Shown: piece by piece, positions 21,201 to 31,464 of the stretch
Layout of the letters: each line of letters starts with the position of its first letter
Numbering within the stretch: the first letter of the stretch is position 1
UHGV virus genome: UHGV-0134778
Origin: a virus
Length of the DNA stretch: 64,000 nucleotides
Direction: 5' to 3' (one strand)
Notes under the pieces: generated by a model
What the model was told of the DNA's origin: nothing
Seen by the model: only the letters and a program-made list of their open reading frames with translations
Databases searched by the model: none
Program-made: the position numbers and the translations under genes

Positions 21201-22021
21201 CACATACCCCAACGGCCTGTTGCATCAAGCTGCAAGTACCCTGCTGTGTTTACATCATCCCCAGCACGGATAACTGTTCTTGTTGGATTATTTGCCTCCA
21301 GGCGTTTAAATTCGTCACGAAGTGCTATTCTTTTTGTTGTTACCACACCGTTGGTTACTGCAATGGTATACATGGCTCCGGAAGTAGCGCCACGGAAAAT
21401 ACCATCAACAGTTGTAGTATCACGACGAGATACCACACCGTTCAGAAATTTTTCACCAGCTGCTACGGAAGGATAGTTAGTGGTTCTTCCCTCTTCAATA
21501 ACTGCAGGGCCAACAAAGTTGACAAGGTGAACAACATCACCTACAGTATGCACTGTGCCAAAATCTACCCGCTGCGCAAGTGCTTTAGCATCATTGGCTG
21601 TCTTAACCGTAACATCCATTACATCCTGGACAGACTGCCCTTCGGCTGTCATAATCATAGACGCACCAATGGTAGACTCCAGCTCCTCCCTTAAGGACGG
21701 GTCTGTATACACCATCCAGGCAGCGTCAGTAATCCCACCGTCAGAGTATGGTGAAGACAGCGCAGGAACAGTGTGCGGAAATTCGCCTTTCCAACGCAGG
21801 TAGAGGTCTTCCTCTTCGAAGTAGGCAAAATCCATTGGGCCGTTTAACTTACCACCTTCCTTAAAGGAGATTACATGAGAAACAGTCCCATCCACATGGA
21901 CAACATCGCCAATTTTTACACGACGGGTCAGGTCTGGTTGTTGAACAACCAGGTAATCATCCTCTGTCACTGCGGTAGTGGCAGGAAGAGATTCAATTCT
22001 GACAACTTTAATATCAGCCAT
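18215..22021 (-). CDS. long tail fibre with C-terminal intramolecular chaperone (peptidase S74-like) domain
   Basis: 1268 aa; N-terminal anchor domain shared with 24656..25324; C-terminal SDRDLKDN...coiled coil typical of self-cleaving chaperone domains. Confidence 0.6.
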   Translation of the reverse strand: MADIKVVRIESLPATTAVTEDDYLVVQQPDLTRRVKIGDVVHVDGTVSHVISFKEGGKLNGPMDFAYFEEEDLYLRWKGEFPHTVPALSSPYSDGGITDAAWMVYTDPSLREELESTIGASMIMTAEGQSVQDVMDVTVKTANDAKALAQRVDFGTVHTVGDVVHLVNFVGPAVIEEGRTTNYPSVAAGEKFLNGVVSRRDTTTVDGIFRGATSGAMYTIAVTNGVVTTKRIALRDEFKRLEANNPTRTVIRAGDDVNTAGYLQLDATGRWGMWNQQTASWQPLAIEQGGTGAKDAAGARINLGAFYKQRAALEANFNINNLTGNQDGVYYQPMTANATEANGYPAGSGAGHLIVWQNNANGGTGCRQEYYPFSNVDVWYLRTYQANTNQWTAWQPMVRPRNDETFRSHIGLGSRNSPTFGHLYLSQSSADVKSASGIVNGDKYSADGVLEHGYRIYSEVRNDNKAWLTIHLHKGAKGSETHRYLGFREDGVLDCPKYMQVGDLNGQLANWGLGEWIRSSGAERGFWGSKKAAKMVIWDGGMDEQGEGTLEWGVYNNRKAKWEPLPIACGGTSARTVGDAQAQFRIPLAAGARPYVNLPRTAAMQDGKYYPIIVRTDPNFAATIGTDLTIVTRSSSGGDPMNCATLQCHYRTGGWTDRGDSFQGVINFYQNERAILGCVSPTRGKQEYVAFYVEARAFPVTVYAGATVIEVSTREVDWQVGNVTGNQDGVKFCAPLESADLSLAIKGDDVTNTRPLVEFKGTSGFYTGGGTMWHYLGTPERYAVMSKTNMPKVELWADGLDYLCYGGPRKALFSNAGFQCASDGTEDLTNGTFTSKCGNGAGLKGQAEFRSTPEAGQVIVRDVVGTAHRFYNFNKDGTFSAPGGFVCHTGGDWNNQFGPNNPSKIMAGNVNGPEGSMVVGGLSVAFSGNYAFQMAGRLDQLYTRSIEGGNHRAWNKVIQHRGQGLGTEDLNAYDGSREGFYHQGSNADALVIDRHYPAPYAGTLLVYKNTANRPQGCVQEYITYFGDRYTRAGNYVGDVFTWEEWRHDAGKGIQLRPNYTFGETSNQLEIHVGANGLPSNADNLPKNDAVLHYWGNGSTGDRPNVLEFKVRDESQANWVWHCGTLPDTSRYLSVNGAVNCTSVNQSSDRDLKDNISVIPDALEAIRKMKGYTYTLKENGMPYAGVIAQEVLEALPEAVGSFVQRKEIPNSDQDGTPLITEERFYSVDYAAVTGLLVQVCREQDDKITALEEQVKKLTEVVTGLQEKLK

Positions 22022-22056
22022 TCTTTCTCCTGAAAGGGGGCAAACCGCCCCCTATG

Positions 22057-24654
22057 TTAAAGGTACAATCCACGGTATTGAGCATAAAGTCCCAGACCGC
22101 GAAGGATTTCGCCAGAGTGATAGCCTACCGGATCAGAAACTGCCCAGCAGCCGTTTAAAACATTATCCCCGTTAATGAAGTGGTGCTTTTGCAGTAACTT
22201 CACACAGGCTTCTACAACAATATCTATTTGAGGTATTGTCTCTGAATACCCGCATAGACCTAACCAGCAGCAACCTGCAAGCCATTCACCTACCACCCAC
22301 ATCCTGTCACCTCTGTCTTGATAAGAATATCCACCAGAGGTGTTAAAGTCTGTAGGTAGATTTCCGGAATGAGATGACTGGAATCTGTTGAGGAACCATG
22401 CCCATTTCTGGCAGAACAGGAACAGTCTTTCATCAACAGGCTCTTTATGTTTCTTAAGCTCATAGAGTGTGCGGCACGCAGCAACAAAGGCTCTTGATTG
22501 GAGTTTAGAGTTATCTACCATCTCCCACCAACCAGTTAACCCCTCATTACCCCTCTGCCATACGTAGCGGGATGCAACTGGTCCTTCTGTTTTAAATGTG
22601 TTATTATACCAAACTTGGGAGTCGTACATAAATCCAATTGTATTTGCCAATCTTTGACGATCTATGTTTTCCGCACCCATACAGTAGACTACCGGATATT
22701 GCATTCCAGGATAGGGCCAATTTGGCCTTTCCTCTAAGAGATAATTTTCCTTGTCTATCACCTTTCCGGCAGGGAACACACCTGGGGTGTGCCTGTAGGC
22801 ACCTTGCTTGTAGTTTCTGACATAGCAATCACCAACCTTGGCTGTTGATTCTGTCTTGCTTGCCATCCATACACTAAACCAGATCAGATAAGCATCCCTA
22901 TCTGCAACATAAAATTGTGGCAGCGTGTTGACGCAATACAGATCGAACAAGCCATTGCCTATCTGCCTGTCGCTCAGACTGAAATCTACAGAGGTAATTC
23001 CTTTAGGGTTAGCAAAGAAAGGTTTAATCTCATCTTCTGTGTGATGAGGTTGTGTTGGGTCTAGTTTAAAATCACCTAGGGTAAGAGTTTCTGTTATCCA
23101 TTGTCCATTAGTGGCATATAGATCAGCATACCATAACCAACGGTCTTTGTCAAGAAATTTGACCCTTATCATCTCATCATCTGATCGATAAGTTACTGAG
23201 TTTAAAGAAATCTCTCTTCCAAAATTGAAAGTTACCTTGCCTCTTGCTATGTTGCAACGGGTGAAGTTGTCGGAGTGGTTATAAATGTCGGTATCATACT
23301 GCATACTAACACTAGCGCCACCGCTTACGACAATGTTTTCCTCTTTTGGTAAGAGATACGGGTTACCATCTTTACCAACCACCTCTACGAAATCAGTAAC
23401 CTTGGCAACTGTCTCTGTTACCTCTGACCCTCCAAAAGGGACCCCTATCCTATACTGTTTTTTGTTATTGTTGCCATCATTAAGAATGAAGTGTGGCTGG
23501 AACAGAACCCCTTCTCCTCCGAAATTCATAACAATTTCAGCATCTCTTCCTACCTTGTATGTAGTCCCTTTTTGAATTATTTCGCAAGGCTGGCGTGCGT
23601 TCATTCTAAAATTGATATACCCGTCACTGTCCCTGCTCATGACAGGAACTGTTCCTGCGACGAGACAAGTACCATCTGTGAACGGTGCCTTAATTAACGT
23701 GGTCTTTCTAAACAGTTTGTCGTAGGCATTTATATCGCTGAAATTAAGCAGCTTGTTGTAAGACTGCTTAAACGCTGTGTAATACTTTTCCTCACCTGTC
23801 AAGGTGTAGAGTTGATAACAAGCGTCACACCACATTTCTTCCCCGTCCAACTCTGGGGCTTGATTGTCTGCAACCACATTTATAGGATTTACAATTACAG
23901 GGGATCCAGCAGGTATCACCGATCCACCCTGCTCTTGTGGCAATCTTACACAATAGGTTACCTTGTGGCTTCCTGTAACACCCTTATCTTGTAATTGGAT
24001 TGTGCCGAACTCTACAGACGTATGACCACTGTCGGCTATGCTACCGTTAGCCCAATAGCGGTTACCATCCCATGCTATATACCACTCAACCCACCAACTT
24101 AATCCGGATGTTGTCCAATCTGGGTTAGCATCTGTGCCACCGTAAACATCGGAGTCTACAGTGTTTCTTCCTAGCACACCGTTATACGCTTGGAATGCCT
24201 TGTCTAGATATTCACCCCATGTTGGAGATCCGGCTGGGATTTTCCCTCTACCGTTGGTAAAAGACACCACTACATCTTTAAACCCACCATGTGATGGAAC
24301 TCCATCTGTGGATAATGGGTAGTGGGACAGTCTTTGCATTTTACTTTCTACTGCATATGCACCCAGAAGATGACTGTTGTAGGCTTCCCAAGCTTCTTTG
24401 GCCCTATCTAGGTAAAAATCGCTTTTTGATGCCCTGTATGCCTCAATGTACCCCAGAATCAACACAGCCTGAGCTTCATGCATTGCCCAATCATTATTTA
24501 TCTTACTCCCTGACCAACCTGACGCTATAAGTCCATCCTGGTTTACCAGTTTATTCTGCGTGGGGAGATTGGTAATACCTGTGTTGTTATCGAGGCACTT
24601 CCTGTGCCCCTCAATCATCTGAAATACGTTATCAATGTTATGTTGAATACGCAT
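22057..24654 (-). CDS. tailspike-like protein, possible glycan depolymerase
   Basis: 865-aa ORF between the adaptor-like protein and the long fibre; Trp/Tyr-rich like carbohydrate-active enzymes; no motif confirmed. Confidence 0.35.
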   Translation of the reverse strand: MRIQHNIDNVFQMIEGHRKCLDNNTGITNLPTQNKLVNQDGLIASGWSGSKINNDWAMHEAQAVLILGYIEAYRASKSDFYLDRAKEAWEAYNSHLLGAYAVESKMQRLSHYPLSTDGVPSHGGFKDVVVSFTNGRGKIPAGSPTWGEYLDKAFQAYNGVLGRNTVDSDVYGGTDANPDWTTSGLSWWVEWYIAWDGNRYWANGSIADSGHTSVEFGTIQLQDKGVTGSHKVTYCVRLPQEQGGSVIPAGSPVIVNPINVVADNQAPELDGEEMWCDACYQLYTLTGEEKYYTAFKQSYNKLLNFSDINAYDKLFRKTTLIKAPFTDGTCLVAGTVPVMSRDSDGYINFRMNARQPCEIIQKGTTYKVGRDAEIVMNFGGEGVLFQPHFILNDGNNNKKQYRIGVPFGGSEVTETVAKVTDFVEVVGKDGNPYLLPKEENIVVSGGASVSMQYDTDIYNHSDNFTRCNIARGKVTFNFGREISLNSVTYRSDDEMIRVKFLDKDRWLWYADLYATNGQWITETLTLGDFKLDPTQPHHTEDEIKPFFANPKGITSVDFSLSDRQIGNGLFDLYCVNTLPQFYVADRDAYLIWFSVWMASKTESTAKVGDCYVRNYKQGAYRHTPGVFPAGKVIDKENYLLEERPNWPYPGMQYPVVYCMGAENIDRQRLANTIGFMYDSQVWYNNTFKTEGPVASRYVWQRGNEGLTGWWEMVDNSKLQSRAFVAACRTLYELKKHKEPVDERLFLFCQKWAWFLNRFQSSHSGNLPTDFNTSGGYSYQDRGDRMWVVGEWLAGCCWLGLCGYSETIPQIDIVVEACVKLLQKHHFINGDNVLNGCWAVSDPVGYHSGEILRGLGLYAQYRGLYL

Positions 24655-24655
24655 C

Positions 24656-25324
24656 TTAGATAGCTCCTGCGATAATCAGTGCCCCGTACCAAGTTAACCC
24701 GTTGTCGTAGGTTTCCAACTTGAAAATATCTGTTGCACCAGCTGTAAATGTTAGGATAGGATCTCTTCCGTATGACCATTTAACATTACCAGGCCAATAG
24801 ACTTTGTTGCCGCCAGAGGTCTGAGCAATGCATACGGTTATAGTTCTCGCCACCCCTTCAAGACCTTCTGTTTGATTTTCAAAAGAGATTGTGGTATTTG
24901 AAGTTAGTCGAACCTTAAAGGTATCCGCAACTTCAAGATCCATATCAAGCTGACCACCGATAGATCCGTAATCAACTATTCTGCCAGAAGAAGTTGCAGC
25001 AAGCTCACCAAAAACAGACCAGGCATTTGCAGACACACCTCCAGCACCCTCTACAGTGGAGTCTGGGAGGATTATTTTAGGATAATCCCCGTTCCACGTG
25101 TAGTAGCGCTTAGTTTCTGGGTCATAAGCAAAGTCCTTCTTGCTCTTAAGATAACCACCCTCTGTGAAATAAACTATCTTAGTAATGCTAAGATCGTTGA
25201 CAACATCGTCAATCTTAGCCTTTCTTGTCCCATCAGTCTGGTTGACAACCAAGAAGTCATCACTCAGGACTGTTTCTGCATCTTCAAGATCTGGAATTGG
25301 TATTGTAGGATAAGCTACAGCCAT
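24656..25324 (-). CDS. tail fibre/spike adaptor protein with conserved N-terminal anchor domain
   Basis: 222 aa; N-terminus (DDFLVVNQTDGTRKAKIDDVV...FTEGGYL...DFAY) parallels the N-terminus of the 1268-aa fibre. Confidence 0.4.
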   Translation of the reverse strand: MAVAYPTIPIPDLEDAETVLSDDFLVVNQTDGTRKAKIDDVVNDLSITKIVYFTEGGYLKSKKDFAYDPETKRYYTWNGDYPKIILPDSTVEGAGGVSANAWSVFGELAATSSGRIVDYGSIGGQLDMDLEVADTFKVRLTSNTTISFENQTEGLEGVARTITVCIAQTSGGNKVYWPGNVKWSYGRDPILTFTAGATDIFKLETYDNGLTWYGALIIAGAI

Positions 25325-25333
25325 GATTTCTCC

Positions 25334-26050
25334 TTAGTTAACATCAATAGCACGACCAGACTGGTTGGCAATAGCCTCATCATTGGAGGTAGCAATAACA
25401 CCAGAGTATTCGCGCTCATCTGGAGCAAGCGTCCAGGTATTGCGGTTAATGGTTTGTTCTGCCTCAGTCATCAGCAGATCTTTATCCTGAGTCAACAGAG
25501 AGCCTACAGGGATCGGGTTTTCCATCTCAGGACCAGCATACTGGTTCCACCATGTGGCATCTCCGGTTCTAGGTAATCTGAAGTTAATCAGGTAGTACAG
25601 TTTATTAGCCCACTTAATCCAACCCTCATCATCACAGAGAGAGGTTGTCCCAGAATCAGGCTGTGGGTAGGTAAACTGATCAAGACCTACGAAAGCCAGC
25701 CTTACAATCTCGTTCTCTTTGGTAACAACCTCAAAGAACGCTTGGTATGTTCTCGATCTTCGATCCATGGTAGACTGGAAGTTTATGATGTTTAGCACAT
25801 CCGGCTCTTGTCTTGCCACTTCCATGATCTTGTTATCAAGAACAGTCTTCATGACCTTCTTACTTAGAAAGTCCATATAAGGGAAGCCAAACAACTCGTC
25901 AAAGTACCAGCTCCCCTTCCACGTATTAAACCTCATCCACAAGCGCTGACGCAGACTTACCTGGTTTGAATCTATCAACTCAAGACCTTTGTCTATCGCC
26001 AAATCGCCTGTTTGTGGGTCCATCAATATATCACTATAAAGCGTAGCCAT
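25334..26050 (-). CDS. baseplate wedge protein
   Basis: 238-aa ORF between spike-like gene and fibre genes. Confidence 0.3.
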   Translation of the reverse strand: MATLYSDILMDPQTGDLAIDKGLELIDSNQVSLRQRLWMRFNTWKGSWYFDELFGFPYMDFLSKKVMKTVLDNKIMEVARQEPDVLNIINFQSTMDRRSRTYQAFFEVVTKENEIVRLAFVGLDQFTYPQPDSGTTSLCDDEGWIKWANKLYYLINFRLPRTGDATWWNQYAGPEMENPIPVGSLLTQDKDLLMTEAEQTINRNTWTLAPDEREYSGVIATSNDEAIANQSGRAIDVN

Positions 26051-26062
26051 GAAAGCCCTCTA

Positions 26063-26740
26063 TTAGTGCGGTCCACTTGTCTCGCCATCAGGGCAAGAGT
26101 GGGTATGACCTTTATATTCTGCATAGAATGAATCCAAATCCACACCAGCAGCAGTTATAATTCTACCAGATGGGTCTATTGTGGCACCATTCATTCTGAT
26201 ATTTCCATCCACAGCAGCTCGCAAATTGGCAGCCCCGTTAGTGAAAGAAAACTCCCCACTGCTGTCGCACCGTAATGTCCCACCAGGTGTTTGAAGCTCA
26301 AAATCGCCAGAAGGTGTCAGTTTAAAATAAACCCTATCATTCCATAGCTCTACGTTATCAGGATCGATCTGTAAGGCGTTTGAGTCTGAATGAACAGAGG
26401 TGATTGCCCACCCTGGAAACAGGCCGTGAGTTTGTTGATCGTCGTTATTGTTTTCATTTCTCTCTGAAAACTGCAATCCTACAACATCTCCAGCCTTAAT
26501 AGGGAGTGTTAACCTTGCCTTTCCGCTGTTTGCAGACATCACCTGAATTGGAACGTCATAGATAAGAGGGTATCTCTCCACATCTCCGTCATCAAACGTA
26601 GTTTCAGCTATTGGCTGCACGGCTGCAGAAGGTATACTGTAGTCAACACTGACAACTCTGGCCCTGATACTGGTGTGGTAGTCCCTCATTATTTTTTCTA
26701 TAAAGGATCTTACAGCAGCATCTTTCCTATTTATTGCCAT
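26063..26740 (-). CDS. baseplate central spike-like protein
   Basis: 225 aa; His/Cys-rich C-terminal tip GHTHSCPDGETSGPH. Confidence 0.35.
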   Translation of the reverse strand: MAINRKDAAVRSFIEKIMRDYHTSIRARVVSVDYSIPSAAVQPIAETTFDDGDVERYPLIYDVPIQVMSANSGKARLTLPIKAGDVVGLQFSERNENNNDDQQTHGLFPGWAITSVHSDSNALQIDPDNVELWNDRVYFKLTPSGDFELQTPGGTLRCDSSGEFSFTNGAANLRAAVDGNIRMNGATIDPSGRIITAAGVDLDSFYAEYKGHTHSCPDGETSGPH

Positions 26741-27744
26741 TATACCTCCTCAGTTTTGTCAACAACTCCACCCACTGTTTCCCCAAGGCCAAGCTCTGTA
26801 GTGTAATCACCACCTTCTATGGTGCCCTTATGATGCACCGTGATCACCTTATAGAAGCCTGTATATTGCTTGCTTTTAAGATAAATGGTGGACTCTGGGA
26901 GGATAGCTCCGTTAAGGCATGTGGTTACAGTAAGGCCAACATCCTCTCTCGGGTTTTTCTTTTTCTTTTTAGATGTCGAACCACCTTTGGCAGCAGCTTT
27001 AGCTTTTCGTTTTTTAGCAGGTTCTGGGTTTTTAGGGGTAGGAGATCCGTGCATCCCAGACTCTGCACTTATTTCAAACACAGAGTCTTTGAACCTTTTT
27101 CCAACCTTGGTCCAATACAAAGCCCCATCCTGAACGCTAAATGTTGAGTTGGTCAGCCTTGCAAACCTGCGGAGGTTCTCTGCAGTGTTTCCAGAGAAAG
27201 CCATAGAGTATTGCAGAGTCTGGTTTCCAAAACCAACGACCCTACCTTTTGGCAAGTTCATATCCTTCAGTAGGTCATTAAGCACAGAGTTCAGAGGCGT
27301 GCCTTTCTGATAAGATCTTGTGCTTTGGCACTTAATGATGTTCTCAGTGCCATCCCCAAAGATGAACTTAGTTTTTCTGGTCGGACCTTCCCACCTGTCT
27401 TCAACAAACTCCACAGTTCCGGAGAATATCAACTGGTTCTCATTATCATAGCCAGCTTCAAACATAACTGCAAGAGCATCAGCCTGATGCATATCCAGAT
27501 AGTTAACTGTATCGTCAGACAGGTTGTAAACTGTCACATAGCCTTTGTTTGGCTCTTTGGTATTGTCCTTTTGTATGTCAAACTCTATATTGGCAGCACC
27601 AGTGTCCGAACTAATCTCATAAACTCCGGAATCACTCTCTCCTTTCTTTTCAACAGATTTTGGGATATTGGTTTTTGATTTACCACCATGCTCTACAGGA
27701 CGACCAAATAACAATCGCCATGTTCTACGTCTGTACTCTGCCAT
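26740..27744 (-). CDS. baseplate hub-like protein
   Basis: 334 aa with lysine-rich low-complexity insert; position after tape measure. Confidence 0.3.
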   Translation of the reverse strand: MAEYRRRTWRLLFGRPVEHGGKSKTNIPKSVEKKGESDSGVYEISSDTGAANIEFDIQKDNTKEPNKGYVTVYNLSDDTVNYLDMHQADALAVMFEAGYDNENQLIFSGTVEFVEDRWEGPTRKTKFIFGDGTENIIKCQSTRSYQKGTPLNSVLNDLLKDMNLPKGRVVGFGNQTLQYSMAFSGNTAENLRRFARLTNSTFSVQDGALYWTKVGKRFKDSVFEISAESGMHGSPTPKNPEPAKKRKAKAAAKGGSTSKKKKKNPREDVGLTVTTCLNGAILPESTIYLKSKQYTGFYKVITVHHKGTIEGGDYTTELGLGETVGGVVDKTEEV

Positions 27745-28124
27745 TATTCTAACCCTTGCTGCTCCTTGTAAAGATCAACTGGGGTACCGTATACAAGTTG
27801 CAGCTCAGATCTTGCTCCAAGGTTGTATCTTCCAACCCTTCCCCAATATTGATCGTCTTTAAACGACAGCGCCATCAATCTACCTTTCGGTAAATCGTCT
27901 CTGTAATGCAGTCCGTCTAAAATATCTTGACAAGCTGTTACTTTTCTGGTTACTAAAGGGCTGTCACCTACCGGACCAAGAGATAACCACCAGGACTCAT
28001 CCCTCTCATTCCATTGCATACGCATTTCATACGTCTCATTGTCTAAAACAACACGCATGGTTTGATCAGGAAAGCCGTCAATGTCCCACACAAAGGTGAT
28101 TATGCACCAATCTTTAAGTTCCAT
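27744..28124 (-). CDS. baseplate/tail protein
   Basis: 126-aa ORF, translationally coupled to neighbours. Confidence 0.3.
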   Translation of the reverse strand: MELKDWCIITFVWDIDGFPDQTMRVVLDNETYEMRMQWNERDESWWLSLGPVGDSPLVTRKVTACQDILDGLHYRDDLPKGRLMALSFKDDQYWGRVGRYNLGARSELQLVYGTPVDLYKEQQGLE

Positions 28125-28136
28125 TACACGCTCCCC

Positions 28137-29048
28137 TTATTTTCCGTTAACTTTGTTGTAGTTTCCCTGCTCAGATGGGACTATGGTAGAAGGTCTTCCA
28201 TATTCCTGATAATACCAATCTGCTGCGGATTGGGTAACACCGTTTTCATCCGTCCACATCATAGATTTGTATGGCTGCCACTCTTCTGCGGCATTTGTGG
28301 AGGCAGTGTCTGCAAATGCCCCTGTGTCCCTCTTGTTACCTACGTTACTACCATTCTTACAGTCGTTGACAGCACCTTTTTGCTGGGTCTTGCCCACTTT
28401 CTTAGGGTTGCTGTATACAGTTGCATTAACAACCTTGTTCAAGTAGAATGTGCGGAACTCTGTAAGTTCTACATCAAACACCATCGCAGCACCTTCACCA
28501 ACAGACTTGTTGGCAGAAAGGCTGGTTATGATGTAGTTCTCAAGAAGTCTTTCCTCGGTAACCAAAGAAACCAACTGGCGCTTATTAATGATCTCAGTCA
28601 AAGCCTCCAGTGCAGCGCCTGGTCGCATAGATGCTGCAGGATTTTTAGAGTCAGTATTCCTGTCAATGTAGTTTTGCTCATAGATTATATGTGGTGATGT
28701 ATTTACCCTACCAGTAAAAGAAAATACACCATCTTTAATTACAGCGTGGTCTGACAGGGTAGATTTATCTTCCACCGCAAACCCGGTCTTATCAACAGAA
28801 TGTTTGAAAGAGTAGTTCTCAACCTGATCGAAGATAATGGCAAGATCGTTAGTAAAGTTTTTACCCTTCATCTCCGTATTGCGACCACCATAGTTAAGAC
28901 CACTGACAAACATAGTGTACTTTACATCGCTTTCAGTTTGCTGCTCTGCCTTTTCAGCCTTTGGAGATTTAACCTCTTGAGGCTTGTACAGGTCTTTTTC
29001 ATCAACTATATTGCTTGGCATAACCTCTCCAGGACACTCCGATACCAT
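28137..29048 (-). CDS. tail protein distal to tape measure (start may be internal Met near 29021)
   Basis: 303-aa ORF; GGAGAGG RBS precedes the internal MPSNIV start. Confidence 0.3.
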   Translation of the reverse strand: MVSECPGEVMPSNIVDEKDLYKPQEVKSPKAEKAEQQTESDVKYTMFVSGLNYGGRNTEMKGKNFTNDLAIIFDQVENYSFKHSVDKTGFAVEDKSTLSDHAVIKDGVFSFTGRVNTSPHIIYEQNYIDRNTDSKNPAASMRPGAALEALTEIINKRQLVSLVTEERLLENYIITSLSANKSVGEGAAMVFDVELTEFRTFYLNKVVNATVYSNPKKVGKTQQKGAVNDCKNGSNVGNKRDTGAFADTASTNAAEEWQPYKSMMWTDENGVTQSAADWYYQEYGRPSTIVPSEQGNYNKVNGK

Positions 29049-29084
29049 CTAGATATTGTATCATAAAATAGCCGTTTTTACAAC

Positions 29085-29114
29085 ACCGATAAAATAAAGG
29101 GGGCCGGAGCCCCC
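29085..29114 (-). terminator. rho-independent terminator
   Basis: GGGGGC-UCCG-GCCCCC hairpin plus UUUAUUUUAU after the tape measure gene. Confidence 0.55.
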
Positions 29115-29127
29115 TATGTGCCGTTTA

Positions 29128-31464
29128 TTACCAAAGATCTGTTGACATAAAGTTAATATCTTTGTTGTTCTCCCACTCAAGTTTTGCATCAATTATTTTG
29201 TTAAACTCGCCCTCATTTATTGAAATAGTGATTTTCCCATCACTGATCTCTAAAGGTAGCATTTCCATAGTTCTTAATTGAGAAGCAAAACCAGGGCCAC
29301 CTGGCAACGGAAGAGTACCGCCCGGTAAGGTGTCCAAAGGATCAACAAACCCGTTACCTCCAGATATAATATCTTTGCGAATCATATCGCTGATAGTATC
29401 CAGTTGCTGATTTCTTTCACTCAGCGGGTTGAAACGGTCATTAAATAACTCTCCGGCACTCAATATTGTGCCGATAATGCCCAGCTTGCCAAGTATGCCA
29501 ATTTTACCACCAGGTGTCTTGAGGCCACCTCCACCTTTTCCTGCCGCGCCGCCACCACCAGATCCTTCTGCAGTGGCTGCACCTGCTGCTCCAGCTGCAC
29601 CTCTTAGAGAACTAAGGAATTTAAAGGTTTTTACAAGCATGGATGCCATGACAAAACCTTTTGTCAGGGCGTTGACGACCAGCATGATGGCAGCAGCAAA
29701 CCCTGCCCATTTAGCATAGCTAAAGGTGTCATGAAGCTCTTCAGAATATTCCTTCGTCTTAGCTGTTATGAATCCCCATTTAATCCCCCATTCAAGGAAA
29801 AACATGCGGATCTTGACTATAGTGTTGTTCAGTTCACCAACTACCCAGTTAAGACCTCTCACAAACCCGCTAACAAAATCACCAGAGGCATCCCACACAA
29901 ATTGCAAAGTCTCACCAGTGCGGATCAGTGTATAATAGAACTCTGTTAGTTCGTCAGCCCAACGGGTGAACAGTTTCTGACGGGACAGTTCGATGAAGGT
30001 TTTCAGCCTGTTTTCTGCCAGCACGTTAGACTTCTGCATTCTCTCATAACCAGCTGCAGATGCCTCGTTCATGTACTTAGCCACATACTTCATGATCTTG
30101 GCTGTTTTAACCTCGCCTTTCTTCATCATGTCCATGAACTGATCCATGGAGAGCTCAGAAAGACCAAAAGCCTCTTTGGTGGCCTTGATAAAAGGTTCAT
30201 ATGCCCCAGGTAACGCTTCAGCAAGCTGTTGCTTAAGTTCTTCAGACATTACCTGTCCTTTACCAAGCATTTGCTGGATTGCCATAATACCGCGCTGGTA
30301 TTTTACCTCATCGGCACCATAAGCAGCAGCATACTGTGAGTATGCAGAGAATAGCTCATGGACCTCTTGGTTTGTCATCTGATTTTTGGCGTTCACCGCC
30401 ATCTGAGAATAACCCTGAAGACCAGATTTGAGATCAAAACCAAGACGCATAGCCTCCTGCTGGACAAACGCAACTTCACTGTTGGCTTTGTTTGGATCTC
30501 CAGTAACAGCAGTAAGAGCAGCACTTGCCCCCTCCATCATGTGACCGGATCTGTTAACCGCAGCAAATCCAGAAAAAGCTGTATACGCAGCTGTTGCATT
30601 AATAACAGATCTACGTAAGTCTCTCAGGGCATCGCCTAGTGTAAGCGTTTGGCTGGTGGCGCTTTTAAACCCAGACTGCAGAGCTGACAGGTGGGCGTTA
30701 AAGGTTGACTTTTTCATCTCTCCGCGAGCAAACCTGGACTCTAACTCTGAGTATCCTGGCAAGCTTCCACGGAATCCAGCCCCATACTTGGCAGAAAGTC
30801 TTATCGCAGAGTTGTAGAGGTGGGTTCTTCTTGCCTCACGATCCGACATAAGCCTATTATCCATACCAGCTTTACTGTCCCTTCTTAGCTGCCTATGGTA
30901 ACGGTTCATAGCCGCTGTCTGAGCTTTCACAAGATTAGGGTCGGAAGCCACACCACCCATGTTAGGGTTACCGGGGATATATTTGAAAGATTTGGCATTA
31001 GCCAAAACTCTTGCCTTAGGTGCCTTATACCCGCCGTAAGACACTGGTGCAGATTTGGCAGCCTTTTTGGCCTCTTTAGCTTGCTGCTGGTAGAACTTAC
31101 GCATCCTAGCCATTTCTGGATTTTTAGCGGTAAGATTACCCACAGCTTGTTTACGTCTCGCGTTCTCCCTACGTTCTATTGCAGCCCTTACTGCAGCCTC
31201 TTTCTTGGCTTGTGTTACGCTCTCCCTGTGCAGTTTAGCATTTGCCTGAGATTGCTGCCTGGCAACCCGCTGCATTGTTTGCTGGGTTTTAACAGCCACT
31301 GCCTGCCATCTACTCATTGGGTTGGCTGAGTTAAAATCCTCGCCCAGTTTCCTGAACTCCCTCCCAATACTGCGAATTTTCTCTACAGCTTTTTTGTAGG
31401 AGGAGTTCTCTATCTCAAAGCCAATCTTGTTGACTGTTGTGGCAACTATTTTGTTTGTAGCCAT
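29128..31464 (-). CDS. tail tape measure protein
   Basis: 778 aa; coiled-coil-rich with Gly-rich C-terminal segment; preceded by chaperone pair. Confidence 0.65.
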   Translation of the reverse strand: MATNKIVATTVNKIGFEIENSSYKKAVEKIRSIGREFRKLGEDFNSANPMSRWQAVAVKTQQTMQRVARQQSQANAKLHRESVTQAKKEAAVRAAIERRENARRKQAVGNLTAKNPEMARMRKFYQQQAKEAKKAAKSAPVSYGGYKAPKARVLANAKSFKYIPGNPNMGGVASDPNLVKAQTAAMNRYHRQLRRDSKAGMDNRLMSDREARRTHLYNSAIRLSAKYGAGFRGSLPGYSELESRFARGEMKKSTFNAHLSALQSGFKSATSQTLTLGDALRDLRRSVINATAAYTAFSGFAAVNRSGHMMEGASAALTAVTGDPNKANSEVAFVQQEAMRLGFDLKSGLQGYSQMAVNAKNQMTNQEVHELFSAYSQYAAAYGADEVKYQRGIMAIQQMLGKGQVMSEELKQQLAEALPGAYEPFIKATKEAFGLSELSMDQFMDMMKKGEVKTAKIMKYVAKYMNEASAAGYERMQKSNVLAENRLKTFIELSRQKLFTRWADELTEFYYTLIRTGETLQFVWDASGDFVSGFVRGLNWVVGELNNTIVKIRMFFLEWGIKWGFITAKTKEYSEELHDTFSYAKWAGFAAAIMLVVNALTKGFVMASMLVKTFKFLSSLRGAAGAAGAATAEGSGGGGAAGKGGGGLKTPGGKIGILGKLGIIGTILSAGELFNDRFNPLSERNQQLDTISDMIRKDIISGGNGFVDPLDTLPGGTLPLPGGPGFASQLRTMEMLPLEISDGKITISINEGEFNKIIDAKLEWENNKDINFMSTDLW

